Positions 15,136 to 24,655 of a stretch of 31,719 bases of DNA are shown one piece after another. The position numbers and the translations under genes are program-made. A model generated the notes under the pieces. It saw nothing but the letters and a program-made list of their open reading frames with translations. It made no database searches and had not been told where the DNA came from. Each line of letters begins with the position of its first letter. Within the stretch, counting starts at the first letter, position 1. Source of the DNA: a virus (Duplodnaviria; Caudoviricetes); the IMG/VR virus record IMGVR_UViG_3300044675_005591, positions 1-31,719 of that record. One strand, given 5' to 3'.

Positions 15136-15333
15136 ATGACCCCCGAAAACTTTTGTTATTGGCTGCAAGGCTTGTTTGAGGTGCAAAACCCCCGAGCACT
15201 GACCGAAGCACAAACCGCCGTGGTGAAGGAACACCTTCAAACGGTATTCAATAAACGCACAAAGAAGACCGTCGAGCGCACTGAATCGCTCCCGGCTCAG
15301 TCGCCTCCAACGCGGGGTGGCCGCATATGCTGA
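15136..15333 (+). CDS. Cassette ORF, phage-type hypothetical protein (MTPENFCYWLQG...), 65 aa
   Basis: Flanked by GTTCAGCAT (15098-15106) and ATGCTGAAC (15327-15335); its stop is part of the core site. Confidence 0.75.
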   Translation: MTPENFCYWLQGLFEVQNPRALTEAQTAVVKEHLQTVFNKRTKKTVERTESLPAQSPPTRGGRIC

Positions 15334-15383
15334 ACGGTAATTATTCCAACCACCATTCCGCATAATACCCGCAAAACCGGAAA
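15329..15383 (-). other. attI-like site, locus 3
   Basis: Minus strand TTTCCGGTTTTGCGGGTATTATGCGGAATGGTGGTTGGAATAATTACC-GTTCAGC; similar to both other attI-like sites. Confidence 0.7.
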
Positions 15384-15398
15384 CATCCCCATTACCCC

Positions 15399-17339
15399 AT
15401 GATCTCACCCGACACCCAGCTTGTCATTGAAGCTCTGCATGCAGGGCAAGAGGCGCATCCGGTGATTGAGCCGTTGGCGCTGGATGAGTTGCTGGTGCTG
15501 GGCGAGGAAGGCGCGGCGGAGGCGGTGGCGGCGCGGGCGGATGCGATTCGCGAGATGGCGGAGCAACCGCTGGATCAGGGCTGGGTGCCGCAGGATTGGT
15601 GGCTGTTCTTGTTGGAGCTGTGCCGGAAGCGTCTGGAGCATCCAGGGCGCGTTCTGGAGGTGCTGGTGAGCGGAGGGATTCGTGCGGGCAAAACGCATGT
15701 GGCGGCCTCGCTGGCGGTGCAGCATTGGAAGCATGCGCAGAAGGCCACGGTGTTCTGCATGAGCCGTCGCGAGGAGGACTCGCAAAACCTTCAGCAGAAG
15801 CCCATCGAGTCCTTTCTGCCGCCCGAGGCGCTGGGCGGTGCGGCGGGCAAGATCAAGCAGGACAAGCACCAGAAGGCGAAGTTCAGCGGCGGCAAGTTCA
15901 CCGACAACCAGTTCAGCCGTTACCTCATCGTCACCGGGGCCAATGGCGAGCGCTACACTGGCGGCGGCATGGTGCAGTTTCGTTTCTTCACGCAGGAACT
16001 GGAGAGCTTCCGGGGCTACGCGCTCACGTTTGTGTGGTCCGATGAAGGCATTCCCGTCGATCACGTCAAAGCGCTGAAGGATCGTCTCGCGTCGCGAGCC
16101 ATCGAAACGCAGCGCGATGAGCATCGGAAGCAAATGCTGGCGCTGCAAAGCTACCTCGTGCCGCTCGCGGATGGCGTGCCCGGTGCCAAACGGCCGCATG
16201 GCGAGCTGCTCGGGGCGCTCATGCACGGCGTGCATCTCATCACCTACACGCCCGAGGAAGGCTTTACGCCGACGGTGCGCTACTTCATGCAGGGCGCGGT
16301 GAAGCCCGACAAGTTCAAGGTCATTGCCCCCGAGCTGGCGGCGAAGGGCGGCTGCAAAGATCCGCGTGTGCCCAAGATCGCGTATCCGCTGGAGCCGACC
16401 CGGTTGGTTTGTTACCTGCACACCGCCGCGAACAAATACGTCAACGTCTATCCCCAGCTCTCCAAGGACTACGCTGGAGCCGATGAGAAGACCGTCCGCA
16501 TCAAGCTCTACGGCGACGCCGAGGCCGCCAGCCGCAGCGAGTTCGAGGCCGTGTGGAAACCGGAGCAGCACCTGTGCGATTGGAAAGACCTGCCTCGCGA
16601 TGGCACGCTCTACGAGATCATCGACGGCGCGGAGGCCAAGCCGTTTTTCATCGGCTGGTTCATCGTCGATCCGATGGGGCGGTTCTGGCAGGCGCAGGAA
16701 TGGCCGTGTGAAAGCATTGCGATCGACGACATGATGCCCGGCCCGTGGGCTGTGATGAGCGAAAAGGACCGCATGAATGGCGACGAAGGCCCGGCGCAAA
16801 AGCTGCGTCTCGGCTGGAACTTCGAGCAGTATGCCGAGCTGGTGTGGCAGATGCGGCATCGCCTGCTGGAGAAGATGAAGGAAACCGGCGGCGAGTGGCA
16901 GGGCCGCACCGTGCAGCATCCCGTGAAAAGCGGCGATGCCATCCTGTGCGCCGAGCCGTTCGAGACGTATGGCGATCCGCGTTGGAGCCAGTGGAAGAGC
17001 GGAGCCACCGGAGCGACCATCCAGCAGGAGTTCTACGACCTGCCCAATGGCTTCACCATCCTCGTGCCCGAAGGTGTGCGCGTGCAGGAAGGGCTCGCCC
17101 TCGTGCGCGATGCCTTCGCCACCACCATCCTCATGCAGCCCAAAGCCCGCGTGAACCGCGAATGCACCAACACCATTTTTGGTTTGCAGAATTTCACGAT
17201 CCCCGACTACGCCGAGCAGACCAAACGCAAAGACGAAGCCTGCAAAGACCCCGTGGACGTGTGGCGCTACTTCTGCCTCGCCGGGCCGGAGCATGTGCCG
17301 CCCGCGGGTTTGGAGATCGTCAGGGGCGGGAGTTATTGA
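15399..17339 (+). CDS. Terminase large subunit
   Basis: Walker A SGGIRAGKT, Walker B FVWSDE, C-terminal nuclease-type acidic residues (IIDGAE, KDPVDVWRY); precedes the portal. Confidence 0.82.
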   Translation: MISPDTQLVIEALHAGQEAHPVIEPLALDELLVLGEEGAAEAVAARADAIREMAEQPLDQGWVPQDWWLFLLELCRKRLEHPGRVLEVLVSGGIRAGKTHVAASLAVQHWKHAQKATVFCMSRREEDSQNLQQKPIESFLPPEALGGAAGKIKQDKHQKAKFSGGKFTDNQFSRYLIVTGANGERYTGGGMVQFRFFTQELESFRGYALTFVWSDEGIPVDHVKALKDRLASRAIETQRDEHRKQMLALQSYLVPLADGVPGAKRPHGELLGALMHGVHLITYTPEEGFTPTVRYFMQGAVKPDKFKVIAPELAAKGGCKDPRVPKIAYPLEPTRLVCYLHTAANKYVNVYPQLSKDYAGADEKTVRIKLYGDAEAASRSEFEAVWKPEQHLCDWKDLPRDGTLYEIIDGAEAKPFFIGWFIVDPMGRFWQAQEWPCESIAIDDMMPGPWAVMSEKDRMNGDEGPAQKLRLGWNFEQYAELVWQMRHRLLEKMKETGGEWQGRTVQHPVKSGDAILCAEPFETYGDPRWSQWKSGATGATIQQEFYDLPNGFTILVPEGVRVQEGLALVRDAFATTILMQPKARVNRECTNTIFGLQNFTIPDYAEQTKRKDEACKDPVDVWRYFCLAGPEHVPPAGLEIVRGGSY

Positions 17340-17367
17340 GACAATCAAACAAGGAGACAATCAGACT

Positions 17368-17532
17368 GTGAACGACACACCAACAACACCAACATCCGAC
17401 TACGGCGAGCCGTGGAAAGTCGGTCGCATTGATCGCCCAATGGAAGACCGTCATGGGCACGATCCACTGATGCTGCACCGCACTGCCGACGCCATGATCG
17501 CTTACCGCAATTCCACCTCGACAAAGCCATGA
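17368..17532 (+). CDS. Small hypothetical protein
   Basis: AAGGAG then GTG at 17368; ATGA coupling to the next gene. Confidence 0.4.
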   Translation: MNDTPTTPTSDYGEPWKVGRIDRPMEDRHGHDPLMLHRTADAMIAYRNSTSTKP

Positions 17533-17762
17533 CCACCACCCCAAAACCCACCGCTGCCGCCAAAGCGCCAAGCAAGCCCGCGTTGAAAACCTTGATCACC
17601 TGGGCGGAGGTGATGGCGCATGCGCGGCGGGCTCGGATTGGCGAGCACACGGCGCGGAAGATCATCTGCCGGCAGGAAAGCCCGGCTAGAATCCTCTTGC
17701 CATCCATGGGCAATTACCGCTATGATGAGGCCGTTGTGCTGCGGGAGTTTGGGCTGCTTTGA
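17529..17762 (+). CDS. Small hypothetical protein, possibly DNA-binding
   Basis: ORF track; operon position. Confidence 0.55.
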   Translation: MTTTPKPTAAAKAPSKPALKTLITWAEVMAHARRARIGEHTARKIICRQESPARILLPSMGNYRYDEAVVLREFGLL

Positions 17763-17783
17763 TCCATTCCTGCCCGCACGGCC

Positions 17784-20063
17784 ATGCTCACTTCCGACCT
17801 CGAAACCGGCGAAACCTACGTCGTCGCCTCCGATGAAACGCTCGATCCCACTTGGGTGATCGACGAGATGACGCTTTCGCTCACCGATCTGGGGCCGTGG
17901 ATTCAGGACATGCAGGACCATGAACGCACCGCGCTGGCCGTTTGGGCCGGGCAGTCGCAGGATGGGCGCAAGCATGCCGCAAACTACGGCAAAAAGGTGT
18001 TCCCCTTCGAGGGCTCCGCCGATTCCCGCGTGCATCTGGCGGGCGAAGCCATCGACCAGCTCACCATGCTGGAGATGCTGGCGATCGAGAGCGCCAAGGT
18101 GCAGGTGATCGCCATGGAGGCCAGCGATGCGGCCGCTTCCAAGAAGGTCGAGACGCTGATGAAATACGAAACGCGGCAACGCCTGCGGGCCGAGCTGTGG
18201 CGCGAGCGCAATTTCGCCCGGCAGATCAAGCACACCTGGGGCCATGCCGTGATGCACGTCGGCTGGGAGCAGCGCATGGGCACGGCGCAGGTCACGCTCA
18301 GCATTGAGGATCTGGTGCAAGATCACACGCAAACCAAACTCGCCGAGGCTCGTCTGCAAGCTGCCGAGGCGGGCATGCAGCCCATCGACGCCGATGGCGA
18401 ACTGCTCACGCCTGAGCAGCAGCTCGCCATTGCCGATGCTGCCGAGGCTGAGCTCAACGACTTGCTGCGGGCGGAAGATGTCGCGCCCATCGTTGCGATG
18501 ATCCGCCGCCGTCACCCGCTGCTCTCGCCCGTGCGGGCGCGGCGTGTGGCGCGTGAATTGCGCACCGAGGACAGCGTGACTTTCACGGCACCCTACCGCA
18601 AACCGGGCAAACCCTGCGTCCGCGCCTACCTGCCCGGCATTGATGTGTTTTACCCGCACTGGTGCGGACAGGTGGACCGCGCTCCGTGGGTGGCGCACGT
18701 CGAGCAATACACCGAACCTGAGATCAAAGCCAAAGCCAAGACCGACGGCTGGAACGAGGAAGCCATCGACGCCCTGCTGGACATGGGACCGAAGCCCGTT
18801 GTCGATACCTCTGCCGTGCTCAATACCACCGCCGCCAGTGTCGAGCGCATCCTGAACGAGCCCGCCCGCGACACCTTCACCGCCCGCTATCGCAACCGCG
18901 AGCAGACCTGGTATGAGGTGCTTCGCATCACCGTGCAGACCGTCGATGAGGAAGGCTATCCTGCCGTGCAAGAGCTGATCTTGCATCCGTCATTGGTCGG
19001 CAAGGATCGCCGCAAAGCGGACAAGGAACTCGTGTTCGTGAACCGCTTGCTCGATTACTACTTTGACGGCGGCTGCTACGTCGATCTGCGTCGTGAATAC
19101 AAGGCACGCCCGTTGTTTGAGAGCCGCGGCGTGCCGGAAATGGTTGGCACGCATCAATACCTGCTCAAGAGCACGCGCGATGCCAGCATGGACCGCACGA
19201 GCTTTGCCACCATGCCCATCGTCAAGGTCACGGGCCGCCGTGCTGGCAGTGGTGCCCGCTGGGACTACGAGCCCGGCACGAAGCTGCCCGTCGAGTCTGG
19301 CGGCGATGCCGACTACATGCGCCCGCCGCCCTTGGATCAAGGCACGATCCTCGATGCCAACGAGATCCGCAAAGACGTGGCCAATCTGCTCGGCCTGCAT
19401 CACCGCGAGATCGACGTGGCGAAGGTGCAGATGCACCAGCAATGGATCGTCGCCGGAGCCCTCATGGAAGAGCGTGAGATCCTGCGCCGCATCCTTGCGC
19501 TCGATCAGCAGTTCATGGACCCGCTCTATGTCAGCCGGGTGCTCGGCAATGGTGCGCAGCCCTTCCAGGTCACCCGCGAAGAGATCGCAGGCAGCTTCGA
19601 TTTCGTGCTCGAGTTTGACGTGAAGAGCCTCGACATGGAGTATCTTCAAAAGCGCTGGTCCGCTCTCAAAGATGCCTTCAGCATCCCCGGTGTCGCCGGT
19701 CAGGTGCCCACGGTGCCCGTCGTGTCGTGGCTGCTCAACAACATCGACCCCGGCCTGGCCGATCTGGTCACCGGCAGCCTCAGCGAGCGCAATGCCGCCG
19801 AGGCTGAGGAAGAGAAGGCCGCCATCGCCATGCTGCTCACCGGCGTGGAGCCCACCGTCACCGAGAGCATGGATGCCGCCACCCGTTTGCAGGTGGATCA
19901 AGAGCAGATGCAGAAGAACCCCGCCGTGGCCCAAGCCTACGCCGCCGGTGGCATGTTCACCGAGATGCTCAACCGTCGCATGGCCGCCTTCCAGTTTGCC
20001 GTGCAGCAGCGCACGGAAAATGCGCAGGTCGGGCGCACCGGTTTCAAACCTGTTGTTGAATAA
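17784..20063 (+). CDS. Portal protein (large type), 759 aa
   Basis: Size, position between TerL and head genes, helical Q-rich C-terminus. Confidence 0.72.
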   Translation: MLTSDLETGETYVVASDETLDPTWVIDEMTLSLTDLGPWIQDMQDHERTALAVWAGQSQDGRKHAANYGKKVFPFEGSADSRVHLAGEAIDQLTMLEMLAIESAKVQVIAMEASDAAASKKVETLMKYETRQRLRAELWRERNFARQIKHTWGHAVMHVGWEQRMGTAQVTLSIEDLVQDHTQTKLAEARLQAAEAGMQPIDADGELLTPEQQLAIADAAEAELNDLLRAEDVAPIVAMIRRRHPLLSPVRARRVARELRTEDSVTFTAPYRKPGKPCVRAYLPGIDVFYPHWCGQVDRAPWVAHVEQYTEPEIKAKAKTDGWNEEAIDALLDMGPKPVVDTSAVLNTTAASVERILNEPARDTFTARYRNREQTWYEVLRITVQTVDEEGYPAVQELILHPSLVGKDRRKADKELVFVNRLLDYYFDGGCYVDLRREYKARPLFESRGVPEMVGTHQYLLKSTRDASMDRTSFATMPIVKVTGRRAGSGARWDYEPGTKLPVESGGDADYMRPPPLDQGTILDANEIRKDVANLLGLHHREIDVAKVQMHQQWIVAGALMEEREILRRILALDQQFMDPLYVSRVLGNGAQPFQVTREEIAGSFDFVLEFDVKSLDMEYLQKRWSALKDAFSIPGVAGQVPTVPVVSWLLNNIDPGLADLVTGSLSERNAAEAEEEKAAIAMLLTGVEPTVTESMDAATRLQVDQEQMQKNPAVAQAYAAGGMFTEMLNRRMAAFQFAVQQRTENAQVGRTGFKPVVE

Positions 20064-20071
20064 TTGATCTC

Positions 20072-20377
20072 ATGCCACGCCCAGCCAAACGCCCAGCCAA
20101 ACGCTTGCTCATTGAAACCTGCATGGAGGCCGGTCCTTTGACCGAAGGCCAGATTGCGGATGCACTCGAAGCCACGCATGACACGCGGGAGATGCGGGCC
20201 GTGATGAGCTTGCTGGAATGTTTCATCGGCGAAGCGCATGCGGAGATGACCGTGCGCAATCAAGAGCCGCGCATCCGCGATGAGGCCAGCGGCGCGGCGC
20301 GATACCTGAAGGACTTGCGAGCAGACATCATCCGCCTCACGGCACGGAAAAAGCTGGAAGCCAAAGCGGAAAACTGA
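20072..20377 (+). CDS. Hypothetical protein, 101 aa
   Basis: Small helical ORF after the portal. Confidence 0.65.
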   Translation: MPRPAKRPAKRLLIETCMEAGPLTEGQIADALEATHDTREMRAVMSLLECFIGEAHAEMTVRNQEPRIRDEASGAARYLKDLRADIIRLTARKKLEAKAEN

Positions 20378-20380
20378 GCC

Positions 20381-20430
20381 GCACATCACCTCAGATCGCC
20401 TCACATTGCGGCAGATCGTGTCAGATTCGG
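20381..20430. repeat. Five imperfect 10-bp repeats (KCASAT core)
   Basis: GCACATCACC TCAGATCGCC TCACATTGCG GCAGATCGTG TCAGATTCGG. Confidence 0.6.
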
Positions 20431-20496
20431 AGCGCGTGAGATTGTCGGCAGGCAGGTGGTGTGATGCAGTGGCGGCGTGCGCAGGGCGCACGTCTT

Positions 20497-21753
20497 ATGT
20501 TCATCTCATCTTATGCGGTTCCAAACGCACCGGCTGCCCGCTCGGCAGGTGGTGATGTCGCCTCCGCAGGCGGCACGGGCTCGAACGCACCCGTAGAAGC
20601 TGGCGTTCAGGGCGGTCCTGGCGGATCTCCGTTGTCCATTTTTGAGTCTCTTGCCGGCCACACGGTTGCCGAGCAGTTGGCCGCGATGGGTGCAGCGGAA
20701 GGAGTCAAGACAGAGCCGGTGAAGGCCAAGGCCAAAAGCCAGCCGACACAAGCCGCCGCAAAACCGAAGTCTCCACCTGTCACCTCGACAGCCGACGATG
20801 ACGACGACGCGGGAACCGATGACGCCGATGAGTCCAACAACACGGACGGGACCAATCAGGACCGCGATGCGATCCTGCCCGACGATGAGGATGAGTCTGC
20901 CGAGGTGACCGCCGAGGACGAATCGGATGCTGACGAATCCAACGACGATGCGGACGACGGGGAAGCAGGCGACAATGACGACGCTCCCGAGGACACGAAG
21001 GAAGCCGCCGCCAAGCTCAAGGCACTGGAAAAGGACAATTTCAAGACGCGGGCCAAAAACCGCGAACTGCGCGAGCAGCTTGAGAAAATCCAAGCCCGTG
21101 TGCAGGAGCTGGAAAGCCAGGGCACCACAGCAGGCACGCCGCTCTACGGCATGCCGGAAGGATTCGAGGCCGTGAAAACGGAGCAGGATCTGACCCAGCT
21201 CGAAGCGCAATGGCAGGCAGCCAAAGAGTGGGCCGAGGATCACGAGCAGGAAGGCTACACCGGCAATGACGCACAAGGCAACGAGGTGGAATACACCCCG
21301 CAGCAGGTGCGCCAATACCGCCGCCAGATGGAGAAAGCACTGAAGCAGGCCGACAAAGCCCGCAGCGTGCTGAAGGACCGCCTGGCCAAGGAGTCCGATG
21401 CCAAGGCCATCGCCAGCAGGAAGTATCCCTTCGTGCTCGATGCCACCAGCAGCCGCCATGCCCTCGTGAAAGAGATCGAGTCCGAGCATCCCGAGATCAG
21501 CCTGAGCCCGCAGCGCGCCCTTCTTCTGGGCCGCCTCGCCGTGGCGAAGCTGCTCGAAAGCGGTGCTTATGAACTCGTGAAGAAAGGCAGCAGCAAACCC
21601 GCCGCCGCCAGCGTCGCCAAGAAAGTCGCCCCGCCTGCTCCCCCGCCGCCTGCTCGCCGCCAGGCATCTGCCTCTGACGCCTCCGCACCCTTTGCCAGTC
21701 TCGCCATGAGCCTCGCGCAAAACACGGTCGCCAGTCTGAAGCATGCCGCCTGA
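20497..21753 (+). CDS. Scaffolding-like protein
   Basis: Very acidic D/E tract plus coiled coil, immediately before the major capsid gene. Confidence 0.65.
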   Translation: MFISSYAVPNAPAARSAGGDVASAGGTGSNAPVEAGVQGGPGGSPLSIFESLAGHTVAEQLAAMGAAEGVKTEPVKAKAKSQPTQAAAKPKSPPVTSTADDDDDAGTDDADESNNTDGTNQDRDAILPDDEDESAEVTAEDESDADESNDDADDGEAGDNDDAPEDTKEAAAKLKALEKDNFKTRAKNRELREQLEKIQARVQELESQGTTAGTPLYGMPEGFEAVKTEQDLTQLEAQWQAAKEWAEDHEQEGYTGNDAQGNEVEYTPQQVRQYRRQMEKALKQADKARSVLKDRLAKESDAKAIASRKYPFVLDATSSRHALVKEIESEHPEISLSPQRALLLGRLAVAKLLESGAYELVKKGSSKPAAASVAKKVAPPAPPPPARRQASASDASAPFASLAMSLAQNTVASLKHAA

Positions 21754-21814
21754 CCTGTGAGACCCGGACCTTTTGCGGAAAACCTGAACCTCAAACTTCA
21801 CCTTTTCCAAGATC

Positions 21815-22810
21815 ATGCCCGCCACCTTTGAACGCACCCAAGTGGGACGCCGCGAAGACCTCGCCGACGCCATCTACAACATCGACGCGAAGGACTATCC
21901 TTTGCTCTCCGCCATCCCGAAAGGGAAAGCCGCCGTCAAGACCCGCTTTGACTGGCAGGCCGACAGCTATGCCACCCCGAGCACCGACGGCGTTGTCGAT
22001 GGTGCCGACGTGAGCACCTACGAAGACGCCGCCGAAAATCGCGGCCTGCTCTCCAACTACGTCCAGAAGGTGCGCCGCACCCCGATGGTCACGGAGATGG
22101 CGCAGGACGTGTCCGACGTGGCCGGCCTCGCATCCGAAATGGCCGGTGCCATCGCCAAGAAGACCATCGAGTGCAAACGCGATGTCGAAGCCACTCTCGG
22201 CAGCGACAACGAAGCGCAGGCCGACAACGGCACGGTGCCTTACAAGACGCGCGGCCTCGGCAAGTGGGCGCTCAGCACCGCGCAAGCCGTGCTTCCGGTG
22301 CCCTCCGCCTTCCGCACGCCCTCCGCCAGCATCGACGCCACCGCGCTTGCCAGCGTGACCCGCGCCGTGGTGAACAACGTCATGAAGAGCCAGTATGCCC
22401 AGACCGGCAAACGCGGCACCTACATGTTCGTGTGCGGCACCAGCCTCAAGGCCCGCTTCACCGAAATGGTCGGCTACTCGCCCACCGTGTCCAACTTCAC
22501 CGCCATCACCCAGACCAATCGCGGCCAGGGCTCGAAGTGGAGCGACACGATCGAGAGCTTCACCGGTGACTTCGGCACCTACGACCTCGTGCTGTCCAAC
22601 TGGCTCGGTTTCTCCGCCGGTGCGGCCGATGCCCGCCGCGGCTACGCCATCGACCCCTCCATGATGGAACTCAAGTTCAACAAGCAGTGGGCCTACAAGG
22701 CGCTGCCTGACCTGGACGGCGGCCCACGTGGTGTGATCAGCGCCATCTTCGGCCTCGCGGTCAAGAACCCGCTCGGCCTCGCGAAGTTCGCCGCTACCGC
22801 CGACAGCTAA
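21815..22810 (+). CDS. Major capsid protein (DUF5309/SU10-like), 331 aa
   Basis: GRREDLADAIYNI, FDWQAD, NYVQKVRR, KRDVEA, KTRGL patterns; strongly biased codons; followed by a terminator. Confidence 0.82.
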   Translation: MPATFERTQVGRREDLADAIYNIDAKDYPLLSAIPKGKAAVKTRFDWQADSYATPSTDGVVDGADVSTYEDAAENRGLLSNYVQKVRRTPMVTEMAQDVSDVAGLASEMAGAIAKKTIECKRDVEATLGSDNEAQADNGTVPYKTRGLGKWALSTAQAVLPVPSAFRTPSASIDATALASVTRAVVNNVMKSQYAQTGKRGTYMFVCGTSLKARFTEMVGYSPTVSNFTAITQTNRGQGSKWSDTIESFTGDFGTYDLVLSNWLGFSAGAADARRGYAIDPSMMELKFNKQWAYKALPDLDGGPRGVISAIFGLAVKNPLGLAKFAATADS

Positions 22811-22818
22811 CCCTGACA

Positions 22819-22854
22819 CCGGGGCCGCGTGACGAGCGCGGCCCCGGATTTCTT
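22819..22854 (+). terminator. Rho-independent terminator after the capsid gene
   Basis: CCGGGGCCGCG-TGACGAG-CGCGGCCCCGG then ATTTCTT. Confidence 0.7.
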
Positions 22855-22899
22855 CCCCTCGCAGATTCATTTTCACCCACTTTTTGAAAGGACACCTTT

Positions 22900-23397
22900 A
22901 TGGCTGACCAAGCAGTTACCCTCTCCACCGCCACCAGCGCCAGCAATGGCGTCAAGATCGCCGTTCTCTCGGCAGAAGTCGCCGCGCAGACCGGCTTCAC
23001 GCACGCCTTCCGCGTGCCGTTCGACATCCTCAACAACTCCTCGTGGACCACGCAGGGCGACACCGTCACGGTCACGCTCGGCACCACTTCGGCCCGCTAC
23101 CAGGTGGACCGCGTGGCGGTCAACGTCCCCACGGCCTTCGCCACTACCGGCACGCTCACGATCAGCGTCGGCACCAGCAGCAACACCGCGCTGGCCCTCG
23201 CCGCCGCGAGCTGCAAGAGCGACACTCAGCTCACCGCTGCCGCTGGCTGTGTCACGGCCAACAAGGTCGAAGGCACCAGCGCTGCCACGCTGCAATGCCG
23301 CTTCACCACGCAGGGCAGCACCGGAGCCCCGTCGGACATCACCGCAGGCGTCGCCGAGATCTTCCTGCGGATCATCGACGTGGCCGCGCTGATCTAA
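22900..23397 (+). CDS. Virion structural protein (decoration/cement-like), 165 aa
   Basis: Thr/Ala-rich beta-type sequence after the capsid gene; AAAGGA RBS. Confidence 0.6.
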   Translation: MADQAVTLSTATSASNGVKIAVLSAEVAAQTGFTHAFRVPFDILNNSSWTTQGDTVTVTLGTTSARYQVDRVAVNVPTAFATTGTLTISVGTSSNTALALAAASCKSDTQLTAAAGCVTANKVEGTSAATLQCRFTTQGSTGAPSDITAGVAEIFLRIIDVAALI

Positions 23398-23538
23398 TGC
23401 TTTGCCGTCGATCCTGACGGCAAACCCAACGCCTCACAGCACAACCTGCTGCGACTCGGATCAAACCGGGCCGCAGCAGGGGTGAAGGCGGTTCCTTGTT
23501 CGTTGTTCTTTGTTCCTACCTTCTGCCTTTCCTGACTC

Positions 23539-23970
23539 ATGTTTGACTCCGAAGAACTCATTGCCGAGCTGCACGCGCAGGGTGGACCCTCGCTGGTGGC
23601 TGCTGTGGAGCGGGAGTTTCGCACGGGCTGGGAATTGCAGAAGCACTGGGCCATGCAGAAGGAGCAAAGCCGCGCTGAAGTGGGCCATGCCCGCAGCGCC
23701 GCCGTCGATGGCCTGGGTTACATCTCCAGCAGCATCGACTCCAATTCCTACTTCTACTGGCTGAACAAAGGCCGGAATGAACTCGGCTGTCAAAACGTGT
23801 GGGCGGAGGACGAATTTCGCCGCGACTACGCCAAGAAGAACACGCAGACCGTGGTCAAGTATCAAAGTGCGCAACCGCGCAGCGGCTGGACGCCTGACAT
23901 GGATACCTCACGCGGCACCGCGCCGCAGCTCGTGCTCGGCAGCAAATACGGAATGGGGGTGGCTGCATGA
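23539..23970 (+). CDS. Hypothetical phage protein, 143 aa
   Basis: ORF track; coupled to the next gene. Confidence 0.7.
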   Translation: MFDSEELIAELHAQGGPSLVAAVEREFRTGWELQKHWAMQKEQSRAEVGHARSAAVDGLGYISSSIDSNSYFYWLNKGRNELGCQNVWAEDEFRRDYAKKNTQTVVKYQSAQPRSGWTPDMDTSRGTAPQLVLGSKYGMGVAA

Positions 23971-24650
23971 ATGGCGTCGCTTTCAAAACGCTGCGTGACG
24001 GCTGCATCGAGGACGCAGGCCTGCTCAGCGCGCAGGACTCCACGCTCAATGCGCGGTTCACCTCCTACATCAACACGGCGCTCGATTACGCCTATCCGTG
24101 GAATCTCGACGGCTGGCGCGAACTGCGAAAAGCCACCTCCGAAACGGTGACTTCGCAGGTCATTGATCTGAATGCCGTTGGCGCGGGCTACTGGGGCGTG
24201 TGTCACGTGCTCGGCGTCACCAAAGAGCACCCGTGGAAAAGCAGCAACCCCACGCCGCGCGAGTATGACGTGGCCGGCACGGACATCATCGTGCCCGACA
24301 CCGTGACCGATGCCACGCTGTGGGTCGCGCACATCGAGGCACCGCCCGTGTTCTCCAGCACCGCCTGGGCCACCGGCACCCCGTATGTCGTCGGCGATGT
24401 GCGGCTCGAAGGCAACGATTGCTACTACTGCCTCACCGCGCACACCAGCGGCACCTTTGCCACCGATCTGGCCGCCAGTAAGTGGGCCATCGTCAAGGTG
24501 CCCGGCTTCCTCAACATCCCCGTCCGGCAAGCCGTCGTGCAGGCCTATCTCCGCACCGATGGCCAGGAGCAGACCAGCCAAAGCATCCAGCGCCTGCTCG
24601 ATACTCATCTCAATCAAATCGCCACCCGGCACACCCCAGCCATCCGCTGA
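23967..24650 (+). CDS. Probable head-tail adaptor with an inserted carbohydrate-binding-module-like motif
   Basis: Position in the head-tail region; AWATGTPYVVGDVRLEGNDCYYCLTAHTSG resembles CBM5/12-type modules. Confidence 0.55.
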   Translation: MNGVAFKTLRDGCIEDAGLLSAQDSTLNARFTSYINTALDYAYPWNLDGWRELRKATSETVTSQVIDLNAVGAGYWGVCHVLGVTKEHPWKSSNPTPREYDVAGTDIIVPDTVTDATLWVAHIEAPPVFSSTAWATGTPYVVGDVRLEGNDCYYCLTAHTSGTFATDLAASKWAIVKVPGFLNIPVRQAVVQAYLRTDGQEQTSQSIQRLLDTHLNQIATRHTPAIR

Positions 24651-24655
24651 CCGCT

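Noticed and set aside
12656-19934. Long minus-strand ORFs (817, 651, 494 and 314 aa) opposite dnaB, terL and portal
   Set aside because: These are antisense shadows of GC-rich genes with no recognisable motifs.
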